Shown here: one piece after another, positions 1-8,459 of the stretch | Numbering within the stretch: the first letter of the stretch is position 1 | How the letters are laid out: each line of letters opens with the position of its first letter | IMG/VR virus record: IMGVR_UViG_3300005831_000022 | Length of the DNA: 51,168 nucleotides | Origin: a virus | Reading direction: 5' to 3' (one strand) | Program-made: the position numbers and the translations under genes | Notes under the pieces: generated by a model | The model's input: the letters and a program-made list of their open reading frames with translations, nothing else | The model's database searches: none | What the model was told of the DNA's origin: nothing

Positions 1-120
1 ACTTTGTTTCTGTAATACGCACAGGCATAGGAAGTACACGACAAAACAAAAACTTACTAGAATTTATTAATAAAAAACTATCAGGACAAATAGACGGTTC
101 TAAACCATTTGTAAAAAAAG
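1..120. repeat. Terminal direct repeat, identical to 51049..51168 (circularisation overlap)
   Basis: 120/120 nt identical by direct comparison. It lies inside an ORF that is continuous across the junction. Confidence 0.95.
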
Positions 121-548
121 TGCTACCATTCGCAAGTGATGTAAATCCAAAATATGATTTAACACTTGAAGACTGTAAACATATAAATGATAACTTTGTT
201 GTATTCTTAGAGTACTACACAACACGTAACTATCCAATCAGTTGTACAAGGTTTAACATACAAACACTTTTAACATGTTTCTTATTGGGTCGTATTCCGA
301 TAATCGTATGCCAAACAGAAGAGCAGAGAGAATTTATAATAGAATTGATAAAGAATACCCTTGACGATAGTTTAAATTTGCCCCTTAACCTGCATAGAGC
401 TTCATGGATGCTTCACATTTCTTTTACAATACTTAAGAGCGAATATGAGGATTCTAGTGCGTCAGAGCTACATAGCAGATTTACAAAAGCAGGTCACATT
501 GAGTTCATGCGTGTAGCAAAAGATACAATTTTAGAAATAATACAGTAA
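1..548 (+). CDS. Hypothetical protein, 3' part of the junction-spanning CDS (starts at 50544; about 350 aa in total)
   Basis: The frame of ORF 120..548 is open back to base 3 and in phase with the open frame 50544..51168. No motif recognised. Confidence 0.7.
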   Translation, partial: FVSVIRTGIGSTRQNKNLLEFINKKLSGQIDGSKPFVKKVLPFASDVNPKYDLTLEDCKHINDNFVVFLEYYTTRNYPISCTRFNIQTLLTCFLLGRIPIIVCQTEEQREFIIELIKNTLDDSLNLPLNLHRASWMLHISFTILKSEYEDSSASELHSRFTKAGHIEFMRVAKDTILEIIQ

Positions 549-554
549 AAAGAA

Positions 555-583
555 TTGACATACTCTCATAAATGTAGTATAAT
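555..583 (+). promoter_or_regulatory. Sigma-70/sigma-A type promoter
   Basis: TTGACA (555..560), 17 nt spacer, TATAAT (578..583), with an upstream A-tract. Confidence 0.8.
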
Positions 584-600
584 AAACAAGTAATTAAATA

Positions 601-612
601 TTTCAGTTGAAA
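601..612 (+). promoter_or_regulatory. Mini-hairpin box TTTC-AGTT-GAAA
   Basis: 4-bp inverted repeat around a tetraloop, directly abutting the RBS AAGAGG. Member of a 14-copy family. Confidence 0.6.
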
Positions 613-624
613 GAGGCGAACAAA

Positions 625-1467
625 ATGAACAAAGAACTTTTGGAATCAGGAAGAATCAAAACAGCTATAACTTATTTCGATAATATACTAGAATTACACG
701 AACACCTAACAAAAGAAAAAGGTTTTAATATGCACTTCAAAAATGCAAACGATAGAAGTTCAATGAAAAGTGGTTATGACGGTATACGTTTTACAACTAC
801 AAAATCTTTCGAAGAAGCACTTGACTTGTTAAAGCAAGGTGATTCATTCAACACACAAAACATACTCAATCAAATGAGTAAAATAAAAGTAGCTGATACA
901 AGAGAGGTTGTAAAAAAACTAGGTTTAGACATAGCAGGGTATCAATGTTGTGTGCCTACGTATCTTAACAACCAACCTAATAGCATGTTTAACAAAACAC
1001 GTACCGTTAAGAAAGACAAAGTAATAACATTAGTAAAGTTGTCCTCTTATCCTGTTAGGACAACAGCAGACGAAATAATAAAGTATAATGCTCTATTTCT
1101 TAATACAGTTAAGATGATTGAGCAACAAGGTTATAGATGCAACATAGAGTTGTTGCATGCAAGTATTGGAATGAAAACACATATAATAACAAGAGTTAAA
1201 GTAAAAGACGCAAGTGAACGCCTTAATGTGTCAAAGTTAGCGTTTGTACTTGTTAATCCGTCTTATTCAAGGCGTTGTATGTTTCGCAGGATAGAACTTG
1301 ATGAACATACAACATCTGAATTTTCCAGTGGCTACGGTCTTTCATGTTACACAAAAGAAAAACTAAACACTACACTGTACAAGGTGAACTCGAAACATAT
1401 TATCATAGAATCAATGTTCGGGGAAAAAGAACAAAAGAAATTGATTGATGACGTACAAAGCAAATAG
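625..1467 (+). CDS. Hypothetical protein; possible degenerate vWA-like partner of the downstream AAA+ ATPase
   Basis: ATG 625 lies 9 nt after AAGAGG. Segment VITLVKLSSYP...ALFLNTVKMIEQQGYRCNIELLH resembles the beta1-alpha1-beta2 region of vWA domains, but the MIDAS DxSxS is replaced by KLSSY. The function call is weak. Confidence 0.4.
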   Translation: MNKELLESGRIKTAITYFDNILELHEHLTKEKGFNMHFKNANDRSSMKSGYDGIRFTTTKSFEEALDLLKQGDSFNTQNILNQMSKIKVADTREVVKKLGLDIAGYQCCVPTYLNNQPNSMFNKTRTVKKDKVITLVKLSSYPVRTTADEIIKYNALFLNTVKMIEQQGYRCNIELLHASIGMKTHIITRVKVKDASERLNVSKLAFVLVNPSYSRRCMFRRIELDEHTTSEFSSGYGLSCYTKEKLNTTLYKVNSKHIIIESMFGEKEQKKLIDDVQSK

Positions 1468-1481
1468 AATAGATAACAATC

Positions 1482-1515
1482 AAGTGACCAATAACAAGGT
1501 CACTTTTGTTAGTTT
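1482..1515 (+). terminator. Rho-independent terminator
   Basis: AAGTGACC (1482..1489) pairs with GGTCACTT (1498..1505), followed by TTGTTAGTTTT. Confidence 0.8.
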
Positions 1516-1535
1516 TAAAAGTTATACAAAAAGTG

Positions 1536-1564
1536 TTGACATGTACACATACATAGTGTATACT
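1536..1564 (+). promoter_or_regulatory. Sigma-70/sigma-A type promoter
   Basis: AAAAAGTG-TTGACA (1536..1541), 17 nt spacer, TATACT (1559..1564). Confidence 0.8.
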
Positions 1565-1593
1565 TATACACATGAGATACAACATAAAAAATA

Positions 1594-1605
1594 TGTCAGT
1601 TGACA
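1594..1605 (+). promoter_or_regulatory. Mini-hairpin box TGTC-AGTT-GACA
   Basis: Perfect 4-bp arms, directly followed by AGGAG. Confidence 0.6.
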
Positions 1606-1618
1606 AGGAGATTAAACA

Positions 1619-2734
1619 ATGAACACAATGAAAGTAAACAGAATCGGAAACAGTAAAGTAAATATTGAATATCAAATAGAAGTTGAAACATATAAAGGAA
1701 GAAAATTTAAATCAGAAACTATCAACACATTTGATATGAATGGTAACACATGCTTTTATTTCAAAGGACAGTATTACAAGCTTACAAGTAATACAACATT
1801 CGAGCCACTTAAAAAAGTGACAACAAAGAAAAAAAGCAACACAACAAAAGTTACGTTAACAAATACAACATTTGACGTAACACTTACAACAAAAGAAAAG
1901 ACAGTAACAACCACAACAGAAGAAACACCAACGACAACTACAAACAAGGATTATTCAAAGTTTATGAAACACAATAAACACAAAATGATTCTTGAATGTA
2001 TTAAAAGTAATGTTCCTGTATTCCTTGTAGGTGGTGCAGGAAGTGGAAAGAACTTCACGCTTGAACAAATTGCACAAGAGTTAAAAATGAGTTTTTATTT
2101 TAGTAATTCAGTGCAACATGAATTCAAATTAACAGGATTTATTGATGCAGGTGGTAAGTATCACGAAACGGAGTTTTACAAAGCTTGCAAGGATGCGAGT
2201 GAGGGGAAAGAAGTAATGTTCTTCCTTGACGAAATAGACGCTTCAACGCCTGACGTTCTTATCCTGTTAAATAGTGCCATTGCAAACGGATATTTTGAGT
2301 TTCCAACTGGAAAGCTTACGTTTAACAAGAATATAAAGTTTGTATCAGCAGGAAACACAGTTGGTAATGGTGCTGATGATAGCTATACAGGGCGTTGTTG
2401 CCTTGATATGTCATCACTTGATAGATTCGCTTTAATCAAGTTCGACTATGACATGGAGATTGAATTAGCTATCACAGGGGGTAATACAGACCTTGTGGGA
2501 ATGGTGGAAATGCTTAGAGCGAGAGCAACGACCAATCAAATACGTTGTGTATTCTCATACAGGTGCTTAGAGCAAATCACAGCACTTGAAAAGACAAGTA
2601 TGAAACTAGAAGATATCTTAACAATTACATTACTAAAAGGACTTGATAAAGATACAGCAAACACATTGAAGTTTTCGTCAGACGTGACTTGTAAGTATCT
2701 AAAAGCTTTTAGTAAAGCAATCAAAGGGATGTAG
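1619..2734 (+). CDS. AAA+ ATPase (AAA_5/MoxR-like) with a Thr-rich N-terminal linker
   Basis: Walker A is VGGAGSGKN and Walker B is VMFFLDEIDA. A downstream arginine-containing segment LDRFALIKFDY follows. Good RBS. Confidence 0.8.
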   Translation: MNTMKVNRIGNSKVNIEYQIEVETYKGRKFKSETINTFDMNGNTCFYFKGQYYKLTSNTTFEPLKKVTTKKKSNTTKVTLTNTTFDVTLTTKEKTVTTTTEETPTTTTNKDYSKFMKHNKHKMILECIKSNVPVFLVGGAGSGKNFTLEQIAQELKMSFYFSNSVQHEFKLTGFIDAGGKYHETEFYKACKDASEGKEVMFFLDEIDASTPDVLILLNSAIANGYFEFPTGKLTFNKNIKFVSAGNTVGNGADDSYTGRCCLDMSSLDRFALIKFDYDMEIELAITGGNTDLVGMVEMLRARATTNQIRCVFSYRCLEQITALEKTSMKLEDILTITLLKGLDKDTANTLKFSSDVTCKYLKAFSKAIKGM

Positions 2735-2752
2735 TAACATAGAAAGTTTTGT

Positions 2753-2777
2753 AAGGGGCACAAGTAACACGCCCCTT
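2753..2777 (+). other. Stem-loop without a U-tract
   Basis: AAGGGGC (2753..2759) pairs with GCCCCTT (2771..2777). Confidence 0.5.
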
Positions 2778-2802
2778 GCGTATACAAAGGAACGGTGATA
2801 AA

Positions 2803-2970
2803 ATGGTAATAATTACAATAGTAACAGCTTACGTTACGTTTACAATCTTATTGTATGCGTTAAACGTAAACAGCAAACACCAAGACAAGAAAATAAAAGA
2901 AATGCATACAAGGAGGGTAACACATGTTAGACAGAAAAAATCTACAAATAGTAGAGGTGAAAGAGATTGA
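2803..2970 (+). CDS. Small membrane protein (55 aa), tentative
   Basis: ATG after AAGGAA. Hydrophobic stretch VIITIVTAYVTFTILLYAL. Overlaps the next CDS by 47 nt. Confidence 0.35.
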   Translation: MVIITIVTAYVTFTILLYALNVNSKHQDKKIKEMHTRRVTHVRQKKSTNSRGERD

Positions 2971-3310
2971 AGATAAAGACCTTGTTAACAATCTATGTAA
3001 CGTATGCAACAACAAGAAAAGTAAGTTTGTTTTAAAAGTAGGTAACAACAACTTTATACATAGCGTGTCTATGTGTAGCAAGTGCCTTGATACCCTGTAT
3101 TGCAAAATATGGGACGTTAACGCAGAAAGTGAAGAAGATAAAGTAATAAAGGTAGTACGTCCTACAGTGATGCGTGAACTACCTATGAATTGTTACGATT
3201 GTGAATGTAACGATTGCGTGTTACCTGTAGACAGCGAAAATAAAATGAACAAGGAATACAAGTACAAGCGTCATGAAAAATGTAACTTGAAACTTGTAAA
3301 ATATACATAA
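2924..3310 (+). CDS. Cys-rich (zinc-binding?) protein
   Basis: Strong RBS GGAGGG. Contains CNVCN...CSKC and CYDCECNDC clusters. Confidence 0.6.
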   Translation: MLDRKNLQIVEVKEIEDKDLVNNLCNVCNNKKSKFVLKVGNNNFIHSVSMCSKCLDTLYCKIWDVNAESEEDKVIKVVRPTVMRELPMNCYDCECNDCVLPVDSENKMNKEYKYKRHEKCNLKLVKYT

Positions 3311-3669
3311 TGGACTACAGCAAGAAAGAAACATTTAATATAACGTTTAAAAATAATATTTACTGGAGTTGTGTAACAAAAGTCGACTACTTACAACGTC
3401 TGATTTTAGTTTGTTGTATCTCATACTATGAGCTGAATGAAAATTTTGTAACTGACACAAGATTTGACCAAATCGTAAAACAGTACAAACTGATGTATGC
3501 AATGTTAACACCTGTACAACAACAAAGTACACGTTACTACTATGTACTTAAAGATTTATCAGATGTATCGCTGTTTGAAACAATATACATTTTAACACAG
3601 GAAGATAAGCAAGTCATTTATGATAAGGCTGTGGACGTGTTAAAGCGTAGAACAGGAGGTAAAGAGTGA
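3310..3669 (+). CDS. Hypothetical protein
   Basis: Start overlaps the preceding stop (TAATG), suggesting translational coupling. No motif recognised. Confidence 0.55.
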   Translation: MDYSKKETFNITFKNNIYWSCVTKVDYLQRLILVCCISYYELNENFVTDTRFDQIVKQYKLMYAMLTPVQQQSTRYYYVLKDLSDVSLFETIYILTQEDKQVIYDKAVDVLKRRTGGKE

Positions 3670-3803
3670 TAGGGTATATATTTCTACTATTATTTATTAT
3701 AGCTTGTCTATACACCTTATGTGAAGCTATAGCAAGCAATATGAAATGGATAGCACAATTTAGACAATTCAAAAGTTCAATAGAACATCACAATACAAAA
3801 TAG
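3666..3803 (+). CDS. Small membrane protein (45 aa), tentative
   Basis: GTG overlaps the upstream stop and lies 8 nt after GGAGGT. Hydrophobic N-terminus IGYIFLLLFIIACLY. Confidence 0.4.
   Translation: MIGYIFLLLFIIACLYTLCEAIASNMKWIAQFRQFKSSIEHHNTK
3775..3786 (+). promoter_or_regulatory. Mini-hairpin box GTTC-AATA-GAAC
   Basis: Perfect 4-bp arms, 35 nt upstream of ATG 3821. Confidence 0.4.
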
Positions 3804-3820
3804 TGAAAGAGGTAAGAATA

Positions 3821-4279
3821 ATGAAAACGGAACAAATGGAGATATTAAGAAAAGGTAATGTAACACAAGAGAACTTTTTAGATATTATGCTAGAGAGCGT
3901 TAGTGATATCTATACAAAGGGATTCCTTGATGTAAGGATTGATAAAACAGAAGCAGACGTTAAGTGTACATTACGTTACAAGATAGGTACAAAGTATTAT
4001 TACACTTCTTTTGGGATGCGAGAGGTAACAAGAGAGTACAACGAAAGAACATGTGATATTATAAAACAAGCAAACAAAGATTTAATTACAGCATTGGAAC
4101 AAGGAAGCAAGAAAACAGAAGCTGTAATTAATATGGCTATTGATTTATACATCCTTGACGAAATGATGAAAGTACAAAGAACATTATTGATGAAACTGGA
4201 TGAAGATATCACCGATTCCATCCATGATACTGACTATGTAAGGAGTGTATTAAATGATGGTGGCAAACAAGATGATTAA
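3821..4279 (+). CDS. Hypothetical protein
   Basis: ATG lies 8 nt after AAGAGG. Confidence 0.6.
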   Translation: MKTEQMEILRKGNVTQENFLDIMLESVSDIYTKGFLDVRIDKTEADVKCTLRYKIGTKYYYTSFGMREVTREYNERTCDIIKQANKDLITALEQGSKKTEAVINMAIDLYILDEMMKVQRTLLMKLDEDITDSIHDTDYVRSVLNDGGKQDD

Positions 4280-4451
4280 AACAATCAAACTTTATATGTG
4301 GACTGTAAAAGAGTTACAGCGTATAAAGTACCAACGCACACAAAAGAAAAATGTATATACATTTATAAGCTCATTGTACGCAGGCGTTACGTTCACAAGA
4401 TTCTTGAAAGAATATGACTTACTTATACACAAGGTAGGTGGTGTTAAATGA
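4254..4451 (+). CDS. Hypothetical protein (65 aa)
   Basis: RBS AAGGAG upstream of the ATG. Confidence 0.5.
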   Translation: MMVANKMIKTIKLYMWTVKELQRIKYQRTQKKNVYTFISSLYAGVTFTRFLKEYDLLIHKVGGVK

Positions 4452-4921
4452 AAAGAACAGCCAAATTTTACAGAAGAAACGAAAAGGAAGTAATGGAAGC
4501 GTTTGGAATGGAAACAGACCCACAAAGTGGAGGGGGATGGATTGTAAAAGAGGACGGACAGAACGAACATATTATTTGCCAGTTAAAAAGTACAGATGCG
4601 TCTAGTTTTACCGTGAAGAAACTTGACTTAGACAAATTAATTTATAACGCCAGCGTGTCACACAAGTTACCTGTTTACATGGTGCAACTGTTAGAGAGTA
4701 ACGAACTGTACATAATATGTAAACCTGATAACATACAGGATTTAGCACGTTATCTTACTACAAACGAAACAAAAGAGATAACACGCCAAACCTATAATCT
4801 AGAAACGTACACAGATACAAAACAATCAAACAAAAAGGTTGTAGTGTCTTCCTTGTCAGCACGTCAAAGATTTGAACAAGAAGAACGTGAAAGACACGAC
4901 AAAACAAAATATATTAGATAA
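4448..4921 (+). CDS. PD-(D/E)XK nuclease, archaeal-Hjc-like Holliday junction resolvase candidate
   Basis: Pattern E..(NEKE)..SGGG..KEDG..QLKST fits the E-SG-D-(E/Q)xK signature of Hjc-related endonucleases. Confidence 0.45.
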   Translation: MKRTAKFYRRNEKEVMEAFGMETDPQSGGGWIVKEDGQNEHIICQLKSTDASSFTVKKLDLDKLIYNASVSHKLPVYMVQLLESNELYIICKPDNIQDLARYLTTNETKEITRQTYNLETYTDTKQSNKKVVVSSLSARQRFEQEERERHDKTKYIR

Positions 4922-4934
4922 AAGAGGAAACGAC

Positions 4935-5369
4935 ATGGAACAAAAAGTATTAGTTGAAAGCGTAGCATCTTACAACTCACACAGGGTTGCAAAGAATGGC
5001 AACGTAAACTTAATGATAGAGATAGATTATAGTGAGCAGGTAAATGTCGTATACCTGTTACAATTACAAAACTGTAATATAGATATAAAAGTAAAGAAAG
5101 TTAATGAGGATTTAATGGAATTAGGAAACTTCACATTAAACAACATTAACATTGACCAAAACGGACATACAAAAATAAAACTTAACAGTCTGTCAGATTA
5201 CGTTGAATTAAACAATCTCAATAAGCTGTTAGCAGATAACAAAGAAAAACAGGTGTTCAACGTTTATTTTTCTGCTGACGTTGACACAGAAGAAGCAGAA
5301 GAAACACCAACAGATGAATGGAAAGAAGTAGAAGAAACGAAAGCAACAGAAGAAATTGAGGAATGGTAA
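4935..5369 (+). CDS. Hypothetical protein with an acidic Trp-terminated tail
   Basis: ATG after AAAGAGGAA. C-terminus is ...TDEWKEVEETKATEEIEEW. Confidence 0.6.
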   Translation: MEQKVLVESVASYNSHRVAKNGNVNLMIEIDYSEQVNVVYLLQLQNCNIDIKVKKVNEDLMELGNFTLNNINIDQNGHTKIKLNSLSDYVELNNLNKLLADNKEKQVFNVYFSADVDTEEAEETPTDEWKEVEETKATEEIEEW

Positions 5370-5370
5370 A

Positions 5371-5724
5371 ATGAAAAGAGAAATAACACAACAACAAAGA
5401 ACAGGCGTATTAAGTAGATACAGAAGTAAATACGTTGAAATATCAAAAGCGAGTATCACGCCTACAAGAAACATGGTTATTAGTTCGTCAGAAGATATTA
5501 CAGGAAAGAAAAGCTACATTTTGTCACAGCAAATCACAGTACAAGAGGATGGAAGAACAACACAAGTTTTCTTGAAAGGTTCAGGAATTATCGTTGATGA
5601 CTTAAAAGGATTATACAATATAAGGGATGCTGTTAATTTCGCTGTTAACAAAGCAGAGAAAGAAAAACCTACATTCCAGTATACAGATGTAAATGATGAT
5701 TCCATTGAGTGGGATGATAATTAA
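5371..5724 (+). CDS. Hypothetical protein
   Basis: ATG after GAGGAA. C-terminus is ...DDSIEWDDN. Confidence 0.55.
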   Translation: MKREITQQQRTGVLSRYRSKYVEISKASITPTRNMVISSSEDITGKKSYILSQQITVQEDGRTTQVFLKGSGIIVDDLKGLYNIRDAVNFAVNKAEKEKPTFQYTDVNDDSIEWDDN

Positions 5725-5732
5725 TAAAAATG

Positions 5733-5761
5733 TTGACACATGTGATATTGTGTGCTATACT
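5733..5761 (+). promoter_or_regulatory. Sigma-70/sigma-A type promoter
   Basis: TTGACA (5733..5738), 17 nt spacer, TATACT (5756..5761). Confidence 0.8.
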
Positions 5762-5800
5762 ATAACAGTGAGATAAACACGATATCACAAATCTTCAACA

Positions 5801-5812
5801 TTTCAGTTGAAA
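5801..5812 (+). promoter_or_regulatory. Mini-hairpin box TTTC-AGTT-GAAA
   Basis: Identical to the boxes at 601 and 25825. Lies in the leader of the 5848 CDS. Confidence 0.6.
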
Positions 5813-5847
5813 CAAAATAAAATAAACAATCGAAAGAGGTAAAACAA

Positions 5848-6834
5848 ATGAGCGTAAATTATACAGTAAGTCAGGCATCAAAAATAGTAGCAGGAAGTAC
5901 ATTGTCAGAAGAGGTAAAAGATTTCGGAAAAAGATTCCCACTAGCAACTATGCTAGTAACAAAAGCACTAGAGGGAAATCAGGAAGCGTTAATCATGTTG
6001 CTAGGTTCATTACCACAAACAGCTACAATGCTTAAATTAGAGAGAGATTTGAGAGGGGAAGAAAAAGAAGTTGAAACGTTCGCCCCTTGTGAAGAATTAA
6101 TCACAGATAAAGAGCCAACAGGCGAAACACCTTTGACAGTTGTAGACCCTGTTGAAGTAAAGAAGACATCAGAAGTTAAGAAGCCAACAGACAAGCCAAA
6201 TCTTGACGATATGAACAGTAAGCAACTAAAAGCTTACGGAATGTCAATAGGACTAACAGCAAGAAGCCTTGTAGGTGGTAGGGATGCTGTTGTTGCAATG
6301 ATAATGGAAAAGTTAAGTAAAGGCGATACAGGAGCTATCAAAAAGTTACCAATCGAAAAAGGTGTTACACCAACAAAAGCACCTGCTGAAACAAAGAAAT
6401 CAACAGCAACAACAACAGTAACAACAGAAACATCACTATTGGATGATGTAGAAAATAAGTCAGCTAAACAGGTATATGATATCTGTGTGGCGAATGGGGT
6501 TGAAGCAGAGAAACGCCAACCAAAACAGTTCTATGTAGACCTGTTGATTAAACTAGAAGAAGAAAAGAAGAACGAAAAAGAAACAGATACAATTGATTAT
6601 TCAGAAATGAAGCCACAAGAGTTATATAAGCTGTGTAAGGCAAGAGAAATCACAGCAGAAACAAGACAGCCACAAGCATACTACATCGCACTTTTAGAGG
6701 ATGCAGATGCAAAGGAAAGTGTTGAAGAGGACACAGAAACATGGACAGAAGAAGATGACACGGTTGAAGCCGACGCAATCGAAGAGCCTGATTATGGTGA
6801 TATTGAAAAAGAAGCGTCAGCGTGGGAAATCTAA
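5848..6834 (+). CDS. Acidic protein with three HeH/SAP (Rho_N-like) repeats
   Basis: Repeats are SKQLKAYGMSIGL..., SAKQVYDICVANGVEAEKRQPKQFYVDLLIKL and KPQELYKLCKAREITAETRQPQAYYIALLED. Acidic tail ends ASAWEI. Confidence 0.65.
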   Translation: MSVNYTVSQASKIVAGSTLSEEVKDFGKRFPLATMLVTKALEGNQEALIMLLGSLPQTATMLKLERDLRGEEKEVETFAPCEELITDKEPTGETPLTVVDPVEVKKTSEVKKPTDKPNLDDMNSKQLKAYGMSIGLTARSLVGGRDAVVAMIMEKLSKGDTGAIKKLPIEKGVTPTKAPAETKKSTATTTVTTETSLLDDVENKSAKQVYDICVANGVEAEKRQPKQFYVDLLIKLEEEKKNEKETDTIDYSEMKPQELYKLCKAREITAETRQPQAYYIALLEDADAKESVEEDTETWTEEDDTVEADAIEEPDYGDIEKEASAWEI

Positions 6835-6872
6835 ATGTTTAGGGTGTATTAAAAATAGAGAATGATTATTGT

Positions 6873-6898
6873 AAGTGGGTACGTAAAAATGCCCACTT
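6873..6898 (+). other. Stem-loop without a U-tract
   Basis: AAGTGGG (6873..6879) pairs with CCCACTT (6892..6898). Confidence 0.5.
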
Positions 6899-6923
6899 GC
6901 GAAATTAAAGGAGGTTGCAATGT

Positions 6924-7319
6924 ATGTTAGATAACGTACACAAGGAACTAGATAGCATACTAAACCTAGTATGCACAACAGAAGAAAATAGGCAAACGCT
7001 CAATAGAGCACTTAAACAAATCAAGGTATTTGAAAACAACAAATATGTACCTATCGAATTGTTAGAAATATATATAGCAAAGGTCACAAAGAAATATAAC
7101 GTAAGCATACAAGGAATAACACATGTATGTTACCCTGATAGGGAAGAAACATACTGGACGGTATCACTTAAGTTGTCAGATACCCATAAGTGGTTAGGTA
7201 TGGTACATGGTTTAACACTTAGAGAGCTAACAGCAAAATGCTGTTTTGCACTTAATTACATGATACAGAACAAAATAATTGTACCTTTACCAAAACAGGA
7301 GGTACAAAAGAATGAGTAA
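6924..7319 (+). CDS. Hypothetical protein
   Basis: In-frame ATG 9 nt after GGAGG. The track start at 6915 has no spacer. Confidence 0.6.
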   Translation: MLDNVHKELDSILNLVCTTEENRQTLNRALKQIKVFENNKYVPIELLEIYIAKVTKKYNVSIQGITHVCYPDREETYWTVSLKLSDTHKWLGMVHGLTLRELTAKCCFALNYMIQNKIIVPLPKQEVQKNE

Positions 7320-7782
7320 GCTAAGAGTGTACACAGATGGAGCGTGTAGCGTTAACATTGGTGCAGGTGGCTATGGTCTTGTACTGTGTTATGACGATAA
7401 GATAGAAAAGAAATACGGATATAGCACAAACACAACAAACAACCGTATGGAGTTAATACCTGTCATAAAGGCTATACAGTACGCCAAAAAGTTAGGTATC
7501 AGTGATGTAGAAATATTGTCAGACAGTGCCTACGTAGTCAACTGTATAAATCAAAAATGGTACAGTAAGTGGAAAGTCAACAACTGGAAAACATCAAGCA
7601 ACACAGATGTGAAAAACGTTGACTTATGGAAAATGCTAATAAACGAACTAGACACAGCAGGGATGAAAGTGACGTTTACAAAAGTAAAAGGACATTCAGG
7701 CGACACATTAAACACAGAAGCCGACAGATTGGCAACACATGGCGTATATATGGCTAAACAGTTGTTAGGAGGTGGATTTTAA
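7312..7782 (+). CDS. rnhA: Ribonuclease HI
   Basis: VYTDGAC...GGYG, NNRMEL, ILSDSAYV, WKTS...VKN.DLW, VKGHSG...N.EADRLA. All RNase H catalytic D/E/D/D contexts are present. Confidence 0.85.
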   Translation: MSKLRVYTDGACSVNIGAGGYGLVLCYDDKIEKKYGYSTNTTNNRMELIPVIKAIQYAKKLGISDVEILSDSAYVVNCINQKWYSKWKVNNWKTSSNTDVKNVDLWKMLINELDTAGMKVTFTKVKGHSGDTLNTEADRLATHGVYMAKQLLGGGF

Positions 7783-8171
7783 TGAAAAGGTTCACAAAAG
7801 CACTTATGAAGTCTATAAGAAGCGTATACAGGCGTTCATGGTATGCGTTAGAAAAGAATCTGTTTGGTATAGGATGCATGTTAGAAGTATTATCATTCTT
7901 TATAATGTCACTGTTAGTGCAAAGGAATGTTGAACAGTTCATACTACAAGCGATATTCATTTCTGTGTTGCCTGTAGGAAAGTTACTACAGATGACAGCA
8001 AATAATTTAAATGTAGGCTGTACGATGCCTATGCACACAAAGAAGTTCACGTTGTGCGTAGATGACGAAATAACAGCCAATAAGAAAGATTTACAGGAAA
8101 TACTAATATATTTGTCGCAGGTTGAAGATTACGCATTACGACAAGGTCACAAGTATCAAGAAGAAGATTAA
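7782..8171 (+). CDS. Hypothetical protein
   Basis: ATG overlaps the upstream stop (TAATG). One hydrophobic segment. Confidence 0.5.
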   Translation: MKRFTKALMKSIRSVYRRSWYALEKNLFGIGCMLEVLSFFIMSLLVQRNVEQFILQAIFISVLPVGKLLQMTANNLNVGCTMPMHTKKFTLCVDDEITANKKDLQEILIYLSQVEDYALRQGHKYQEED

Positions 8172-8187
8172 ATAAACTAAGTTATTA

Positions 8188-8264
8188 CACATCACACTGT
8201 ACTAGTCAACATGTCAACAAGTCATGTATCTATTTTGTTACTTTATTTCAAATGGTGTGATGTG
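8188..8264 (+). other. Clamp hairpin (10-bp stem, 57-nt loop) with GTCAACA repeats in the loop
   Basis: CACATCACAC (8188..8197) pairs with GTGTGATGTG (8255..8264). The loop contains GTCAACAtGTCAACAaGTCA. Confidence 0.5.
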
Positions 8265-8283
8265 ATTACATATAACAAAACAT

Positions 8284-8392
8284 AAAACGCTAGTGGAAAC
8301 ATACTCACGTGTACACGAACTCCCAACGTGTATACACTCCACACAATAAATAATACCCCTGATTATAAAATGAAGCTAGCGTTTTATCTTTT
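8284..8392 (+). terminator. Large-loop hairpin plus T-tract (terminator-like)
   Basis: AAAACGCTAG (8284..8293) pairs with CTAGCGTTTT (8376..8385), then ATCTTTT. The loop carries palindromes GTGTACAC and GTGTATACAC. Confidence 0.4.
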
Positions 8393-8428
8393 AAGCATAT
8401 TAACAAATAATATAAATGTGCTTGCATA

Positions 8429-8440
8429 GTTCAGTTGAAC
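8429..8440 (+). promoter_or_regulatory. Mini-hairpin box GTTC-AGTT-GAAC
   Basis: Perfect arms, 8 nt upstream of AAGGAGG. Confidence 0.55.
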
Positions 8441-8459
8441 AGAAAAAAAGGAGGATATA

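Noticed and set aside
8429-8440. GTTC-AGTT-GAAC and related boxes as Cheo/DinR boxes or a single DNA operator family.
   Set aside because: The half-site order is inverted relative to GAAC-N4-GTTC. The arm sequences also vary while keeping complementarity, which fits RNA pairing rather than one DNA-binding specificity.
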